A stretch of DNA of 64,000 nt from positions 79,683 to 143,682 of the forward strand of contig JAZQCF010000001.1 of the NCBI GenBank assembly GCA_045546075.1, given 5' to 3'. This DNA comes from Candidatus Enterousia sp. Lineage in GTDB: Bacteria > Pseudomonadota > Alphaproteobacteria > Rs-D84. Numbering within the stretch: the stretch's first letter is position 1; each line of letters starts with the position of its first letter. The translations under genes and the position numbers were made by a program. Under the pieces are notes generated by a model, which was given only the letters and a program-made list of their open reading frames with translations, was not told where the DNA came from and searched no databases. Positions 53,659 through 63,530 of this stretch are shown here, piece by piece.

Positions 53659-54165
53659 CTATATCGCTATCCCGAAAAATATTTTTGCGCATTCGCCAAT
53701 CGCAAACGCAACAAACGTCACAATCGCACAGATTATCAACATCTCGATAAACGATGGCCAAAGGCGCACCCCCATTAACACAGAACGCAAATAATTAAAC
53801 ATAAATATTATTGACGCGCCGATAACAAAGGTCATTGTAATCGCAATAAAGGAATTTTCGATAAATATAAATGGCACCAATAACATAAGCGCACTGAACA
53901 TATAGGCAATGCCCGTCATTATGCCGCGCCATAATGCGACCCGCGTGTTACCGCCCGCCTTTTGCGACAGGTATTGCGATGCCGTCATTGACAATCCCGC
54001 CGATGCCGCGGCAATAAGACCCGTTAAAACGATTACATATTGTGTCGCATCGGCAAACACCAACCCGGTAATCAAACCCAGTGTTGATACCAATGCGTCG
54101 TGCATTCCCAAAACCAGTGAGGCCCAAACAGGTTCTTGTTCTTTCATTTTCGTCATACTTTTCAT
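53659..54165 (-). CDS. VIT1/CCC1-family membrane protein (iron/manganese transporter-like, no ferritin-like domain)
   Basis: LGMHDALVSTLGLITG motif and five TM helices. 168 aa. Confidence 0.65.
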   Translation of the reverse strand: MKSMTKMKEQEPVWASLVLGMHDALVSTLGLITGLVFADATQYVIVLTGLIAAASAGLSMTASQYLSQKAGGNTRVALWRGIMTGIAYMFSALMLLVPFIFIENSFIAITMTFVIGASIIFMFNYLRSVLMGVRLWPSFIEMLIICAIVTFVAFAIGECAKIFFGIAI

Positions 54166-54220
54166 TTCTGTTAAAACATACCCCCAAATCGGGGGTATAA
54201 CAACCGGTTAAAATTCCGCC

Positions 54221-54838
54221 CTACCACGTTGGGGCATGGTCACCTTCTTTGACGATTGGTTGTTCGTCTTCCCACAGGGCAAGGCCCGTTTTAACATCGC
54301 TTAATGTTAATTGCAGGTAGTATTCTACGCGTGTGTCCACGGACGAAAACCAACCAGAGCGCAATTTCAAATTACGTTGCAACATTTTTCCCGACAAAGA
54401 CATATTTGGCGCAATCAATGTGCCCTTGCCCACAATCGTGGACGCGTCGTATTCATCGTTTCCGCGTGTATTGCGAACATTGTATGTGGTTGCATCTTCG
54501 GCGGCGCGACCATTTTCAAACCCGGTTGTAACCTGGGCACGACCGGAATTGATAAGTGTTGTGCGAATCTTTTTGGTTAAAATATCTGTATCAAAACGTT
54601 GCATAGTATCGTTCTTGATGTTGCCCATCGCAATAACCGGATTTTTTACGCGCGCAAATGCGCCACTGGCCAACATAGATTTGGTCATTTTTTCGGCGGT
54701 CGATGTCCAATCGCGATATTCTAATTCCATAACGTTTTGCATGGCGGCAACTTCGTCCGCGTTATTCAAATCAACCACCGTTGTTTCACCACACCCGGCA
54801 AGCACCGCGCACAGCGCAATCGGTAAAAGTTTTTTCAT
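54221..54838 (-). CDS. LpoB-like (COG3417-type) lipoprotein
   Basis: Lipobox VLAGC, then ...YRDW...M..SML.SGAF......VIAMGNIKNDT....D...LT.KIRT.L, which resembles the LpoB family. Confidence 0.5.
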   Translation of the reverse strand: MKKLLPIALCAVLAGCGETTVVDLNNADEVAAMQNVMELEYRDWTSTAEKMTKSMLASGAFARVKNPVIAMGNIKNDTMQRFDTDILTKKIRTTLINSGRAQVTTGFENGRAAEDATTYNVRNTRGNDEYDASTIVGKGTLIAPNMSLSGKMLQRNLKLRSGWFSSVDTRVEYYLQLTLSDVKTGLALWEDEQPIVKEGDHAPTW

Positions 54839-54862
54839 ATTTTCCCCCTTTGTTTTTTTGTT

Positions 54863-56110
54863 TTATTTTTTTAATGTTATAACCTTGATATCCGTATCGT
54901 TCGGTCCAACGCGCACATATACCAAATGATTACCCGATGTCGGCACCGAAACCCTTTCCACCAGGTTACCATGCGCACGTAAATCAATCAAGCCACTTTT
55001 ATTATTTTGAATACGCATCACAGATATCGTTTTCGGTAATGTTGCCCAGGTACGAACATCGGCCCCGGTTGTAATTTCTGCATACAGCGTGGACATCAAA
55101 CCCATCCATGGGGCGTTTTTAGAATTTGAATTATACATCGCCGATTGTAATGCTGTGCGTGATGCAGTTGCCGCCACCGCCCGCAATGATTCATTTATTT
55201 TATATTCACCATATTCCGTCATAAACATCGCATCAACATCCGCCAGTTTTTGCGCCCCATCTATGGTTGTGAAATTCGCCAAGAATTTTGGTTCGGTTGT
55301 CGCGATTGTCATCGGCACCATACCGCCGTCAACAAAAAACGGCAGTGTCACGCGTTTTTCGATAAGTTTCGGCGCAAAGCCGTCTTCGATAAATACCCAG
55401 ACCGTATTTTGCGGGCGTGTCTTTGATTCCGCCAATTTCAAATCTTTTTTAATAAACGAATTATTTGGCATCATACCATTTGCACGCCGCAGGTATGTTT
55501 CGGCATCACCAAATTCACCCGCGTTCAGGAAATATATGCCCGACAAATACATCAATGCCGGATTCATAATATCACGATATGCCGTCCAGTTAGGGTTTTC
55601 ATTTCGCAATTCGGTTGCCAGGCTGGAATTTTCCGCCAATGATTTCTGGTTTGATTCTATCAATTTTTCATATTCGCGGGACATATCGGTTTGGCGCGCA
55701 TAGGATTGATTGATAATCACGCGCGCATCATTATTGCGTCCGGTCGCCAATGCCGCCCATAATTGATAATACGACACGAACAGTGAATCCATCATATAGG
55801 GTCGATAATCATTTGTGTTTGCGCCAAATGCCAGTGTGGAAATTTCCCGCAATGTGTCGCCACGGGTTTGAATACCGGGATTTTTGCGATTGAATATTTC
55901 ATATGCCGCATCCGCACCGGCATAGTCGTCATAGTGAAACAATGTGTCTGCCGTAATCAGTAAATCCAGGTTATTTTTGTCTTCTAAATCAGTTGCGGTC
56001 GTGGGCGCGGTCATATAACCCGCCCGCACCGAATCAAGGCGTGATTCAACCGCCGCGCTGCATCCGGCAAGCAAAACACACACAATTAAAAATCGTATTG
56101 GTTTTAACAT
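54863..56110 (-). CDS. Conserved lipoprotein (415 aa; usual partner of LpoB-like lipoproteins, helical-repeat N-terminal half)
   Basis: Lipobox LLAGC. It starts 6 nt after the virD4 stop and lies 24 nt upstream of the LpoB-like gene. The family assignment (COG3014-like) is from memory only. Confidence 0.4.
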   Translation of the reverse strand: MLKPIRFLIVCVLLAGCSAAVESRLDSVRAGYMTAPTTATDLEDKNNLDLLITADTLFHYDDYAGADAAYEIFNRKNPGIQTRGDTLREISTLAFGANTNDYRPYMMDSLFVSYYQLWAALATGRNNDARVIINQSYARQTDMSREYEKLIESNQKSLAENSSLATELRNENPNWTAYRDIMNPALMYLSGIYFLNAGEFGDAETYLRRANGMMPNNSFIKKDLKLAESKTRPQNTVWVFIEDGFAPKLIEKRVTLPFFVDGGMVPMTIATTEPKFLANFTTIDGAQKLADVDAMFMTEYGEYKINESLRAVAATASRTALQSAMYNSNSKNAPWMGLMSTLYAEITTGADVRTWATLPKTISVMRIQNNKSGLIDLRAHGNLVERVSVPTSGNHLVYVRVGPNDTDIKVITLKK

Positions 56111-56116
56111 TTGACC

Positions 56117-58363
56117 CTATTTTACCACAGGTGCCAATTCAATCAATTCATTTGTTTGCGGATTATAATACCGCGGGTTGCCGCTGTATTCCAAAATCGC
56201 GTGGTGCATTGGTATAAGGAATTCCGGCAACGGCGATGACCGCCCCATTTTTTGATAAGTGGACATTACCGGATCACTGAACGACATACGCAATTCCGCC
56301 TTAATCGGGCGATGATACCAACCTTCATAAATAACAAGTGCTTCGCCAGGTTTGCCATTTACGGTTGTTTTTAATTTCATAATATCAAATTCACTGAATA
56401 ATGGTTCGGTCTTGGGAACCTCGGTTTCTTTTCCGTCCGGCCCTTTTTCTTTTTTCATTGTGATTTTTGTTCCCATCATTTCAGAAAAACGTTTTGCGGT
56501 GTCCGGGTCATTTTGACGCAAAACAACCTTGGCCGCGGTGGTTGATATAATTGTCGCGGCGGCATCCGGGCCATACTTTTCTTGAATCTGGTGTAAATCC
56601 TGGCCAATAAACAGGTATGAAATCTGCTGACCACGACCAACATCGGGCCCCTGAATAATGGCCTGCATTTTTTGCATTTTCGGCATTTCATCCAGTAAGA
56701 ACAACACCGGATATGGTCCCATCTTTTCGCCACTGCGTCCCACGTGTTCTGGCGGGTTCGCCAACAAGAAATTCGACATCGTTTCAATAAACATCGCGGT
56801 AATTGGATTTAATGCCTTGGCATCAACCATATTGATGGACAGGTAAACCGTTACCGGCTTCATTTTACCATCACGTGGGTCAATCATTCCGCGCATATCG
56901 GCAAAGTGAAAATCCGAATGGCTGGTTCGGTTGCGGACCGCCGCGTTCCGGAATATCGCAAGGCCTGTTAAAATAGTTGAAATAATTGACCCACGTTCGG
57001 TTGACGGGGTGTTTGCCAATTTGGTTAATTCCGCCACCGCACGGTTTGAATACGCGAACATACGGCATTCATTGACCGCCGATTCCAACCAATCTTTCAT
57101 TGGGTCCGCCATCATAACACTTTGGTCGCCCTGACGCTGACGTTCCGCCAAATCGTTGGCAACGGCAATTTGCGCCTCGGTAATCCAATCCAACATCATT
57201 GAAAAAGATGCCTCTTTACCCAACCACATTTGTGGAATATTCGCCCATGTCCCAATATGCACATAGTTCATCGCATTTAATTCGCCATTTTTAATCAGGG
57301 CCTGTGCCGCAAATGCGTTTGGGTCATTTACCATTGAAAAATAGTAATCGGCCAAAACCGCGGCATCTTCGGCATCAAATTCGCCGGATTGCAGGCGCGC
57401 ATAGAAATAATCGTCCGCCTTGGCCCGTTCAATTTTCGAAACAATAAATTGTATAAACCCGGCCAATCCCGCACGCCCAGATTGGGTCCAGTGTGGGTCG
57501 GCACTGCTGCCTTTGGCATCGGGGACCAAAACGTCACAGATATAATCCACATATAATTCGCGTTGTTCAATACTGAACGGAATATGACCCGGCGATAGTG
57601 GATTCCACGATGGATAATAAATACCCTTGTCTGGTTCGTCTTGACCGCCCCAATCCATAATAAACACCGGACCAACCTTGGCGGCACGATATGCACTGGA
57701 TATGCCATCCAATTCAGGTTTTGGGTCGTTGATAATCATTGAAACATTTGTACATTCAAAAATGGTCGGCAACACGATACCATATGTTTTACCGGTTCCC
57801 GGGGGTGCCAAACATAAAACAGATAATGTTTTTGGTAATTTTAACGGTTTCTTTTTGAAGTATCCCAAAACCATCATAAACCCGTCAAACAGCCCCATCG
57901 CCTTGACATCCGCCTCGTTTGCCTCACGCGAAGATTTTTTATCAAATTTATCTTTGCCGTGGGGGTTAAATTCGCCCTTTAATGTATCATCGGTCAACAA
58001 GAAATATGCGATAAATGGTATAATCGGCACAATGCACGGGAAATCCGGATGCATAATGCAACGAATAATCCAACTTGGAATTTCTGCAATAACCGACAGG
58101 CCTGCACTGGACACCATATTTGCCAGGTATAATTTTATCCAATCGGCCGTGGCTGGCGACCATCCATACCGCCAAATGTGTTCAATAATAAACGATGCAC
58201 AAAACGCCGCCGCACATATCAGCCACACACCAACCGACCATCGCAGTGCCCAAAAAACCTGGGCCATGGGGGTTTGTTCGTGTTCTTTATATGCGCTGGA
58301 TTTGAATATATTCAAACCCTTGCTGTCGCGGCCCGCAGATAAAATCTTGAACTTTTCAACCAT
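56117..58363 (-). CDS. virD4: Type IV secretion coupling protein VirD4/TraG
   Basis: N-terminal TM helices, Walker A LAPPGTGKTYG, and TraG/VirD4-type length and pattern (748 aa). Confidence 0.88.
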   Translation of the reverse strand: MVEKFKILSAGRDSKGLNIFKSSAYKEHEQTPMAQVFWALRWSVGVWLICAAAFCASFIIEHIWRYGWSPATADWIKLYLANMVSSAGLSVIAEIPSWIIRCIMHPDFPCIVPIIPFIAYFLLTDDTLKGEFNPHGKDKFDKKSSREANEADVKAMGLFDGFMMVLGYFKKKPLKLPKTLSVLCLAPPGTGKTYGIVLPTIFECTNVSMIINDPKPELDGISSAYRAAKVGPVFIMDWGGQDEPDKGIYYPSWNPLSPGHIPFSIEQRELYVDYICDVLVPDAKGSSADPHWTQSGRAGLAGFIQFIVSKIERAKADDYFYARLQSGEFDAEDAAVLADYYFSMVNDPNAFAAQALIKNGELNAMNYVHIGTWANIPQMWLGKEASFSMMLDWITEAQIAVANDLAERQRQGDQSVMMADPMKDWLESAVNECRMFAYSNRAVAELTKLANTPSTERGSIISTILTGLAIFRNAAVRNRTSHSDFHFADMRGMIDPRDGKMKPVTVYLSINMVDAKALNPITAMFIETMSNFLLANPPEHVGRSGEKMGPYPVLFLLDEMPKMQKMQAIIQGPDVGRGQQISYLFIGQDLHQIQEKYGPDAAATIISTTAAKVVLRQNDPDTAKRFSEMMGTKITMKKEKGPDGKETEVPKTEPLFSEFDIMKLKTTVNGKPGEALVIYEGWYHRPIKAELRMSFSDPVMSTYQKMGRSSPLPEFLIPMHHAILEYSGNPRYYNPQTNELIELAPVVK

Positions 58364-58419
58364 CGTGCTATGATTATACCAGAAAAAAAGATAATTATAA
58401 ATATGGAAATTTAGTTTTT

Positions 58420-59079
58420 ATGAAAAATATTCCAAGAATCTTTGTCGGCAACGATATCGCGTGCGGTAATATTATACCGGTGGATAAATCGGTGGCGCAC
58501 TATTTAACACACGTTATGCGGACGCACGAATTTTTGGCATTTGGGGGCGGAAATGAATTCCACGCGACCATATCGGCGGACGGAAAAAGTATTGTTATCG
58601 GTGATAAAACGGCGCACGCCGACCCGTCAAACAACATAACACTTTACTTTGCGCCAATTAAACACAGCGACGATTTGATAAATATGGCAACGCAAATGGG
58701 GGTGGCGCGATTTGTGCCTGTTGTCACAGACCATACAACCGCGCATCACGTAAATTGGGAACGTATGAAAAAAATCGCGACTGAATCCGCCGAACAATCA
58801 AACCGCAACAGTGTTCCGGAAATATTAAGCCCGATACAATTTTCTAAATTGGATTTGAAAAATCTGTGCTTTGCCGATGAACGTTTCGCATACGATGAAA
58901 ATCGCCCGGACAAAATACCGCAAAACATTGATTCCATACTGATTGGACCCGAAGGCGGTTTTTCAAATGCAGAATTCAATGCGCTGGATGCGGCGGGCGC
59001 GACACCGATATCGTTGGGGAAAACAATCCTGCGCGCCGAATTGGCCGCCGCAATCGCCATTGGAAAGGTATTAAAATGA
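58420..59079 (+). CDS. rsmE: 16S rRNA (uracil1498-N3)-methyltransferase
   Basis: PRIFV N-terminus and LIGPEGGFSNAEF SPOUT motif. 219 aa. Confidence 0.85.
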   Translation: MKNIPRIFVGNDIACGNIIPVDKSVAHYLTHVMRTHEFLAFGGGNEFHATISADGKSIVIGDKTAHADPSNNITLYFAPIKHSDDLINMATQMGVARFVPVVTDHTTAHHVNWERMKKIATESAEQSNRNSVPEILSPIQFSKLDLKNLCFADERFAYDENRPDKIPQNIDSILIGPEGGFSNAEFNALDAAGATPISLGKTILRAELAAAIAIGKVLK

Positions 59080-59777
59080 AAATACGTATCGCAAAATTTA
59101 TCGCAGATTCAGGTATAACATCACGGCGCGGCGCAGAACAGTTGATTGCGGATGGTGCGGTTTCTGTTAACGGTGAAATAATTAAAACACCGGTGCATTT
59201 TGTTGATGATAACGATACAATTACAATCAATGGTAAAAAAATTGAAAAACGTCGCGATACACGTGTCTATGCATTTCATAAACCGATTGGAACGGTTACA
59301 ACAACACGTGACCCACGTGGGCGCAACACTATATATGATATACTGCCGCCGGAATACAGGAACCTTAGGTACGTTGGACGGTTGGATTTTAATACGACCG
59401 GTTTATTATTGATGACGAACGATGGATTGTTGGCGCGAAAATTGACTATGCCGGATTCAAACATACCGCGTGTGTATCTGGCGGATGTGGCGGGCAACAA
59501 TATGTCAAAATTGGACCGTGCGCGGCGTGGTGTAACAATCGATGGAATAAAATATCGGCCTATGGATATTGTGATTATGCCCGATGGTCGTTTGCGTGTT
59601 ACGGTTACCGAAGGCAAAAAGAATGAAATCCGCATTGTGTTGCGCCACTGTGGTTTACCGGTGCGCAAATTGCACCGCATTATGTATGGCCCGGTCAGTA
59701 TAAAAAATATTCCATCTGGAAAAATTATCGAATTGGATGAAAAAACAATTGACGCGTTGATAAAAACTTCTCTATAA
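59076..59777 (+). CDS. RsuA/RluB-family pseudouridine synthase
   Basis: S4 domain (IAKFIADSGITSRRGAEQLI..G.V.VNG) and the catalytic GRLDFNTTGLLLMTNDG. 233 aa. Confidence 0.85.
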   Translation: MKIRIAKFIADSGITSRRGAEQLIADGAVSVNGEIIKTPVHFVDDNDTITINGKKIEKRRDTRVYAFHKPIGTVTTTRDPRGRNTIYDILPPEYRNLRYVGRLDFNTTGLLLMTNDGLLARKLTMPDSNIPRVYLADVAGNNMSKLDRARRGVTIDGIKYRPMDIVIMPDGRLRVTVTEGKKNEIRIVLRHCGLPVRKLHRIMYGPVSIKNIPSGKIIELDEKTIDALIKTSL

Positions 59778-59804
59778 TCCAATCATAGGAAAGGGAGTTT
59801 TTAG

Positions 59805-60818
59805 ATGAAGAAGCAAACCACAAAGAAAGCACAAGTCAAAACAGCCGCGGTACGTGGGGTGAAAATTAAATCTGCCACACGGGCGCGCACCACATCGTCT
59901 TGGTCGATGTCAATTTATGTTTATTGGTTTATTATTTTGTTTTTCATTGCGGCAACTTTCTATATCTTGGGGCGTTCGCACCTGGTAAATAAAGATGCCC
60001 AAAAATTGTTGGACGGCAATGCCGAACGTATAGAGGTTATCGATTCGCAAAACGGTGAAGAACAATTAATGAGCGCCACCGATTATTATACCCACGGAAA
60101 AAGTGAAATATTGGCCGGAAATGTTGATGGCGCAATCGCAGATTTGAACGCCGCGATTCAGGCCGATTCCACAATGGCTGATGCATACATTCTGCGTGGC
60201 GAAGTTTATATGCAAACCGGAAATTACAATGCCGCGATGAATGATTTTAATACGGTGTTGGCAATGGATGCGGCAAATTCTATTGCGTATTACGACCGTG
60301 CATTGTTGAATATGCGTTTGGAAGATTTTAATTCTGCGATGAACGACATCAACAACGCGTTGGCAACATACGCATCAAATCCAAATGAAATTTTACAGTT
60401 GCGTGATTTGTATGCAAAACGCGGTCAATTAAATCTGTGGATGAAGAATTGGGAAGGTGCGATTGCGGACTATACCAATTCGTTGGCGCGCCCCGAAGGG
60501 ATTGTTAATCCATCCGTATATGCCGAACGTGCCGAAGCATATACCGCAACCGGTGAATACGCCATGGCAATTAATGATTACACATCGGCGATTCGTGTGA
60601 TTTCTGAACAAATCCAGGGCACAACAACAATGGAACAAAAAGAAGACCTGTCAATGCGTGCAATGAATTATTTTGAAAAATCTGCGGCGTTGAATTTGAA
60701 CATTGGAAACATCGCATCCGCGAAATCAGACTTGGAATCTGCGTACGCGATTGCGGCATCATTAAATGATGCGGACACAACAGAACGTTTGCAAAAATTG
60801 ATTGAGGCATTACAGTAA
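59805..60818 (+). CDS. Membrane-anchored TPR-repeat protein
   Basis: N-terminal basic region plus a TM helix, then repeated A..D...A......A.AY..RG TPR-like units. Confidence 0.6.
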   Translation: MKKQTTKKAQVKTAAVRGVKIKSATRARTTSSWSMSIYVYWFIILFFIAATFYILGRSHLVNKDAQKLLDGNAERIEVIDSQNGEEQLMSATDYYTHGKSEILAGNVDGAIADLNAAIQADSTMADAYILRGEVYMQTGNYNAAMNDFNTVLAMDAANSIAYYDRALLNMRLEDFNSAMNDINNALATYASNPNEILQLRDLYAKRGQLNLWMKNWEGAIADYTNSLARPEGIVNPSVYAERAEAYTATGEYAMAINDYTSAIRVISEQIQGTTTMEQKEDLSMRAMNYFEKSAALNLNIGNIASAKSDLESAYAIAASLNDADTTERLQKLIEALQ

Positions 60819-60836
60819 AAATATTAAATCATAATA

Positions 60837-60858
60837 AAACCGCCAAATGGCGGTTTTT
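60837..60858. terminator. Bidirectional terminator between convergent genes
   Basis: AAACCGCC-AAAT-GGCGGTTT followed by TT. Confidence 0.7.
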
Positions 60859-60865
60859 ATTTTTA

Positions 60866-61894
60866 TTAAAATGTTGCGCGAACACCGGCCGCCAAAAATG
60901 GTTCGCCACGCGACATTCCAACCGATGTCCAACCATCAACATACTTGCTGTATTTATAACGAAATGATGCAACAACCGTGTGGTCATCATAGTCTTTAAT
61001 ATCATTATCCCATATACCCGTATCAGAAAACATATATGATAACGACATTGTATAGTTCAATAAATCATAACTGACCCCGGTGCCAAGAACGATTCCATCA
61101 GCCGCCGGACCCGTTGCGTCCCGGTCATAAATCGCGCGTCCCGTCAGGCCGACAATCCAACTGTTATACTGAATATTTAATCCGGCATATGCCTGGGCGC
61201 GCCAATCGGCGGTGACACCGGGTGTAAATGTGTCGGTTGAAAAATCATCGGGATGATTTATAAAAGATGCCCCCAACGATAACGCATATTTTGTCTTGGA
61301 TGATGAATGTTTGATTTTTATGCCCGCATCAACATTAAAATCATATTCTTTATCAAATCCCGCCACAGATACACCATATTGCACCCGCGGATTTGTTGCC
61401 ATAACCAAATTAACACGCGGCGCAGATGATCCGTTCGTAATTGCTGGATTTGCAATCACCGCCCCACCCGTTCCCATTTTACGATAAATCAAGGAATCGT
61501 TATTAATTCGCATACCGCCGACATCGGGCAAACCCAATCCTAATTTATGTGACACAGAATCGGTAAGGCCGACCTCTAAACGCCCCACCCCGCGCCATTG
61601 CCAAAAACCAAATGCTTCGTGATACCAATCATCTTCATACAGTGCGATTTCATCCATCATATACACCGCACCAAACGTATGTTCATCAAACCGATTATAT
61701 GTGGCCTGGGCACGAACACGGAAATCCCCGATAAAATCAGGTTTTTCAAAATTCGGTTCTATAATTCCGGCCGTGCCATATCCCGTTAGTGAAAAATTAA
61801 AATCGCCGGCCCTGTGCGCCAATGCCGATGCATTTGTTGCACCAAACGCAGATAAAATCGCGCAAATTGATATTGTATTAAATTTATTCATCAT
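60866..61894 (-). CDS. Outer-membrane beta-barrel porin-like protein
   Basis: Signal peptide ending NASA/LA, alternating amphipathic strands rich in Y/G/D, and a C-terminal ...GVRATF with terminal Phe. Confidence 0.6.
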   Translation of the reverse strand: MMNKFNTISICAILSAFGATNASALAHRAGDFNFSLTGYGTAGIIEPNFEKPDFIGDFRVRAQATYNRFDEHTFGAVYMMDEIALYEDDWYHEAFGFWQWRGVGRLEVGLTDSVSHKLGLGLPDVGGMRINNDSLIYRKMGTGGAVIANPAITNGSSAPRVNLVMATNPRVQYGVSVAGFDKEYDFNVDAGIKIKHSSSKTKYALSLGASFINHPDDFSTDTFTPGVTADWRAQAYAGLNIQYNSWIVGLTGRAIYDRDATGPAADGIVLGTGVSYDLLNYTMSLSYMFSDTGIWDNDIKDYDDHTVVASFRYKYSKYVDGWTSVGMSRGEPFLAAGVRATF

Positions 61895-62807
61895 TGTTGT
61901 TGCCTGTGGTATCGTTCAAAATTGCATCACGCAGTTTATTGTATGCGCGTTCTTCAATTTGGCGCACGCGTTCGCGTGAGATGTTGTATTTTTTTGCCAA
62001 AACTTCCAATGTTGCCGCGGGTTCGGTTAAACGTCGTGCGCGCAGTATCTCGCGGTCGCGTTCCGGCAATGCCGCCAAATGTTTTTTAAGCAACGCACCG
62101 CCGCGCACCATCATTTCGTGCCGTTCAACATTATCAACAATGCTGTCGCCGGAATCCGCCATATTGGACAGCATATCGGCACCGTCCTGTTCGGTACTGC
62201 GCGCCGGCGCGTTTAATGATAAATCACGTGCAACAATACGCGTGGACATACGTTTTACGTCTTCGGCCGGAACACTAAGGTATTCTGCGATTTTATCCGC
62301 CTGGGCATCAGTAAGGTTTCCATCCATAATTCCCAACGCCCTTTTGGCCCGCGCCAGGTTAAAAAACACGCGTTTTTGATTTGCCGATGTTCCAATTTTC
62401 ACAATGGACCAATTATTCAGTATTGTTTCATAAATTTCGGCCCGAATCCAAAACATTGCATAGGTTGAAAACCTGAATCCGCGTTCGGGGTCAAATTTTT
62501 GTAACGCCTGCATAAGGCCCATATTACCACTGGCCACCAATTCACCAACGGGTATGCCATAGTTACGAAAATCGTATGCCACCGACACCACCAGGCGCAA
62601 ATGGCTTTCCAACAATTTTTCGGCCGCATTTTGGTCGTGTTCGCGCACCCATTTTGATGCATATTCGTATTCTTGTTCCGGGGAAAGTATTGGGAATTTT
62701 GAAATTGTTCGAATATATCCCCCCAACGACGAATCTTCGCCATATGTTGGGACGACCATCCCCGTCCCAGATTTTGTTACCAAAGCGTTCTTGATTTGTT
62801 TTGTCAT
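61884..62807 (-). CDS. rpoH: RNA polymerase sigma-32 factor
   Basis: Region 2 (FRFSTYAMFWIRAEI), an RpoH-box-like QKRVFFNLARAKR, and a region 4 HTH. 307 aa. Confidence 0.93.
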   Translation of the reverse strand: MTKQIKNALVTKSGTGMVVPTYGEDSSLGGYIRTISKFPILSPEQEYEYASKWVREHDQNAAEKLLESHLRLVVSVAYDFRNYGIPVGELVASGNMGLMQALQKFDPERGFRFSTYAMFWIRAEIYETILNNWSIVKIGTSANQKRVFFNLARAKRALGIMDGNLTDAQADKIAEYLSVPAEDVKRMSTRIVARDLSLNAPARSTEQDGADMLSNMADSGDSIVDNVERHEMMVRGGALLKKHLAALPERDREILRARRLTEPAATLEVLAKKYNISRERVRQIEERAYNKLRDAILNDTTGNNNDE

Positions 62808-62816
62808 TATGTTTAT

Positions 62817-62844
62817 AGTATAGCAATAAATTAGAAATTATCAA
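62817..62844 (-). promoter_or_regulatory. Candidate rpoH promoter giving a near-leaderless mRNA
   Basis: On the minus strand: TTGATA (62844-62839), 16-nt spacer, TATACT (62822-62817), then only 9 nt (ATAAACA plus AT) to the G of the ATG. There is no SD. Confidence 0.35.
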
Positions 62845-62874
62845 GGTACCAAAAACATAACCAGGAGAATTATT

Positions 62875-63525
62875 ATGGCAAATATGTTGGAAAGAAACAA
62901 AAAAATTAAAACCCCGCAAAAAACATACCAGGAACACGCCCAAGATGCCCTGTATCGCGAAGTTTGGGAAGATGTGAACAATGAAAAAACACAAGAATTC
63001 TTGAAAAAATATGGTAAATATATTATTGCCGTGGTGTTGGTAATTATGATTATTGTAACCGCAATTCAAATCGGCGTGCGTGCACACCGCGCGGCGAAAA
63101 TGTCAACCGCCGAAAATTATGAGGTTGCAATCGAAAACACCGATGTAAATGCATTGGTTGGAATCGCACATAACGCCGGTGGCGCAACCGCAGATTTGGC
63201 GATGTTCAACGCATATTTGTTAAGTAAAGATGTTTCAAAACTGGACGAATTGGTTAAGAACGGCAATACCCGTGAATTCCGCGATTTGGCACGTATGCAC
63301 ATTATTGGCATTCGTGGCGATGAAATGGATGCAGACGCGGTTGCTAAATTCTTGGCACCAATGGACACGAAAAGTTCACCGTTCTATTACACGGCGTGCC
63401 TGACCATTGCCCAGAAATACATCGCCGACGGCAATCGTGCGGCGGCAAACAAATGGTTGGATAAAATATTAAACGATAACGATGCGCCGGCGGTTATTCG
63501 CGCCGATGCAGAAATGTTAAGGTAA
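62875..63525 (+). CDS. YfgM-like membrane-anchored TPR-like protein
   Basis: Single TM helix after ~45 aa, then a helical periplasmic part. It occupies the conserved position directly upstream of bamB. Confidence 0.45.
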   Translation: MANMLERNKKIKTPQKTYQEHAQDALYREVWEDVNNEKTQEFLKKYGKYIIAVVLVIMIIVTAIQIGVRAHRAAKMSTAENYEVAIENTDVNALVGIAHNAGGATADLAMFNAYLLSKDVSKLDELVKNGNTREFRDLARMHIIGIRGDEMDADAVAKFLAPMDTKSSPFYYTACLTIAQKYIADGNRAAANKWLDKILNDNDAPAVIRADAEMLR

Positions 63526-63530
63526 ATATT

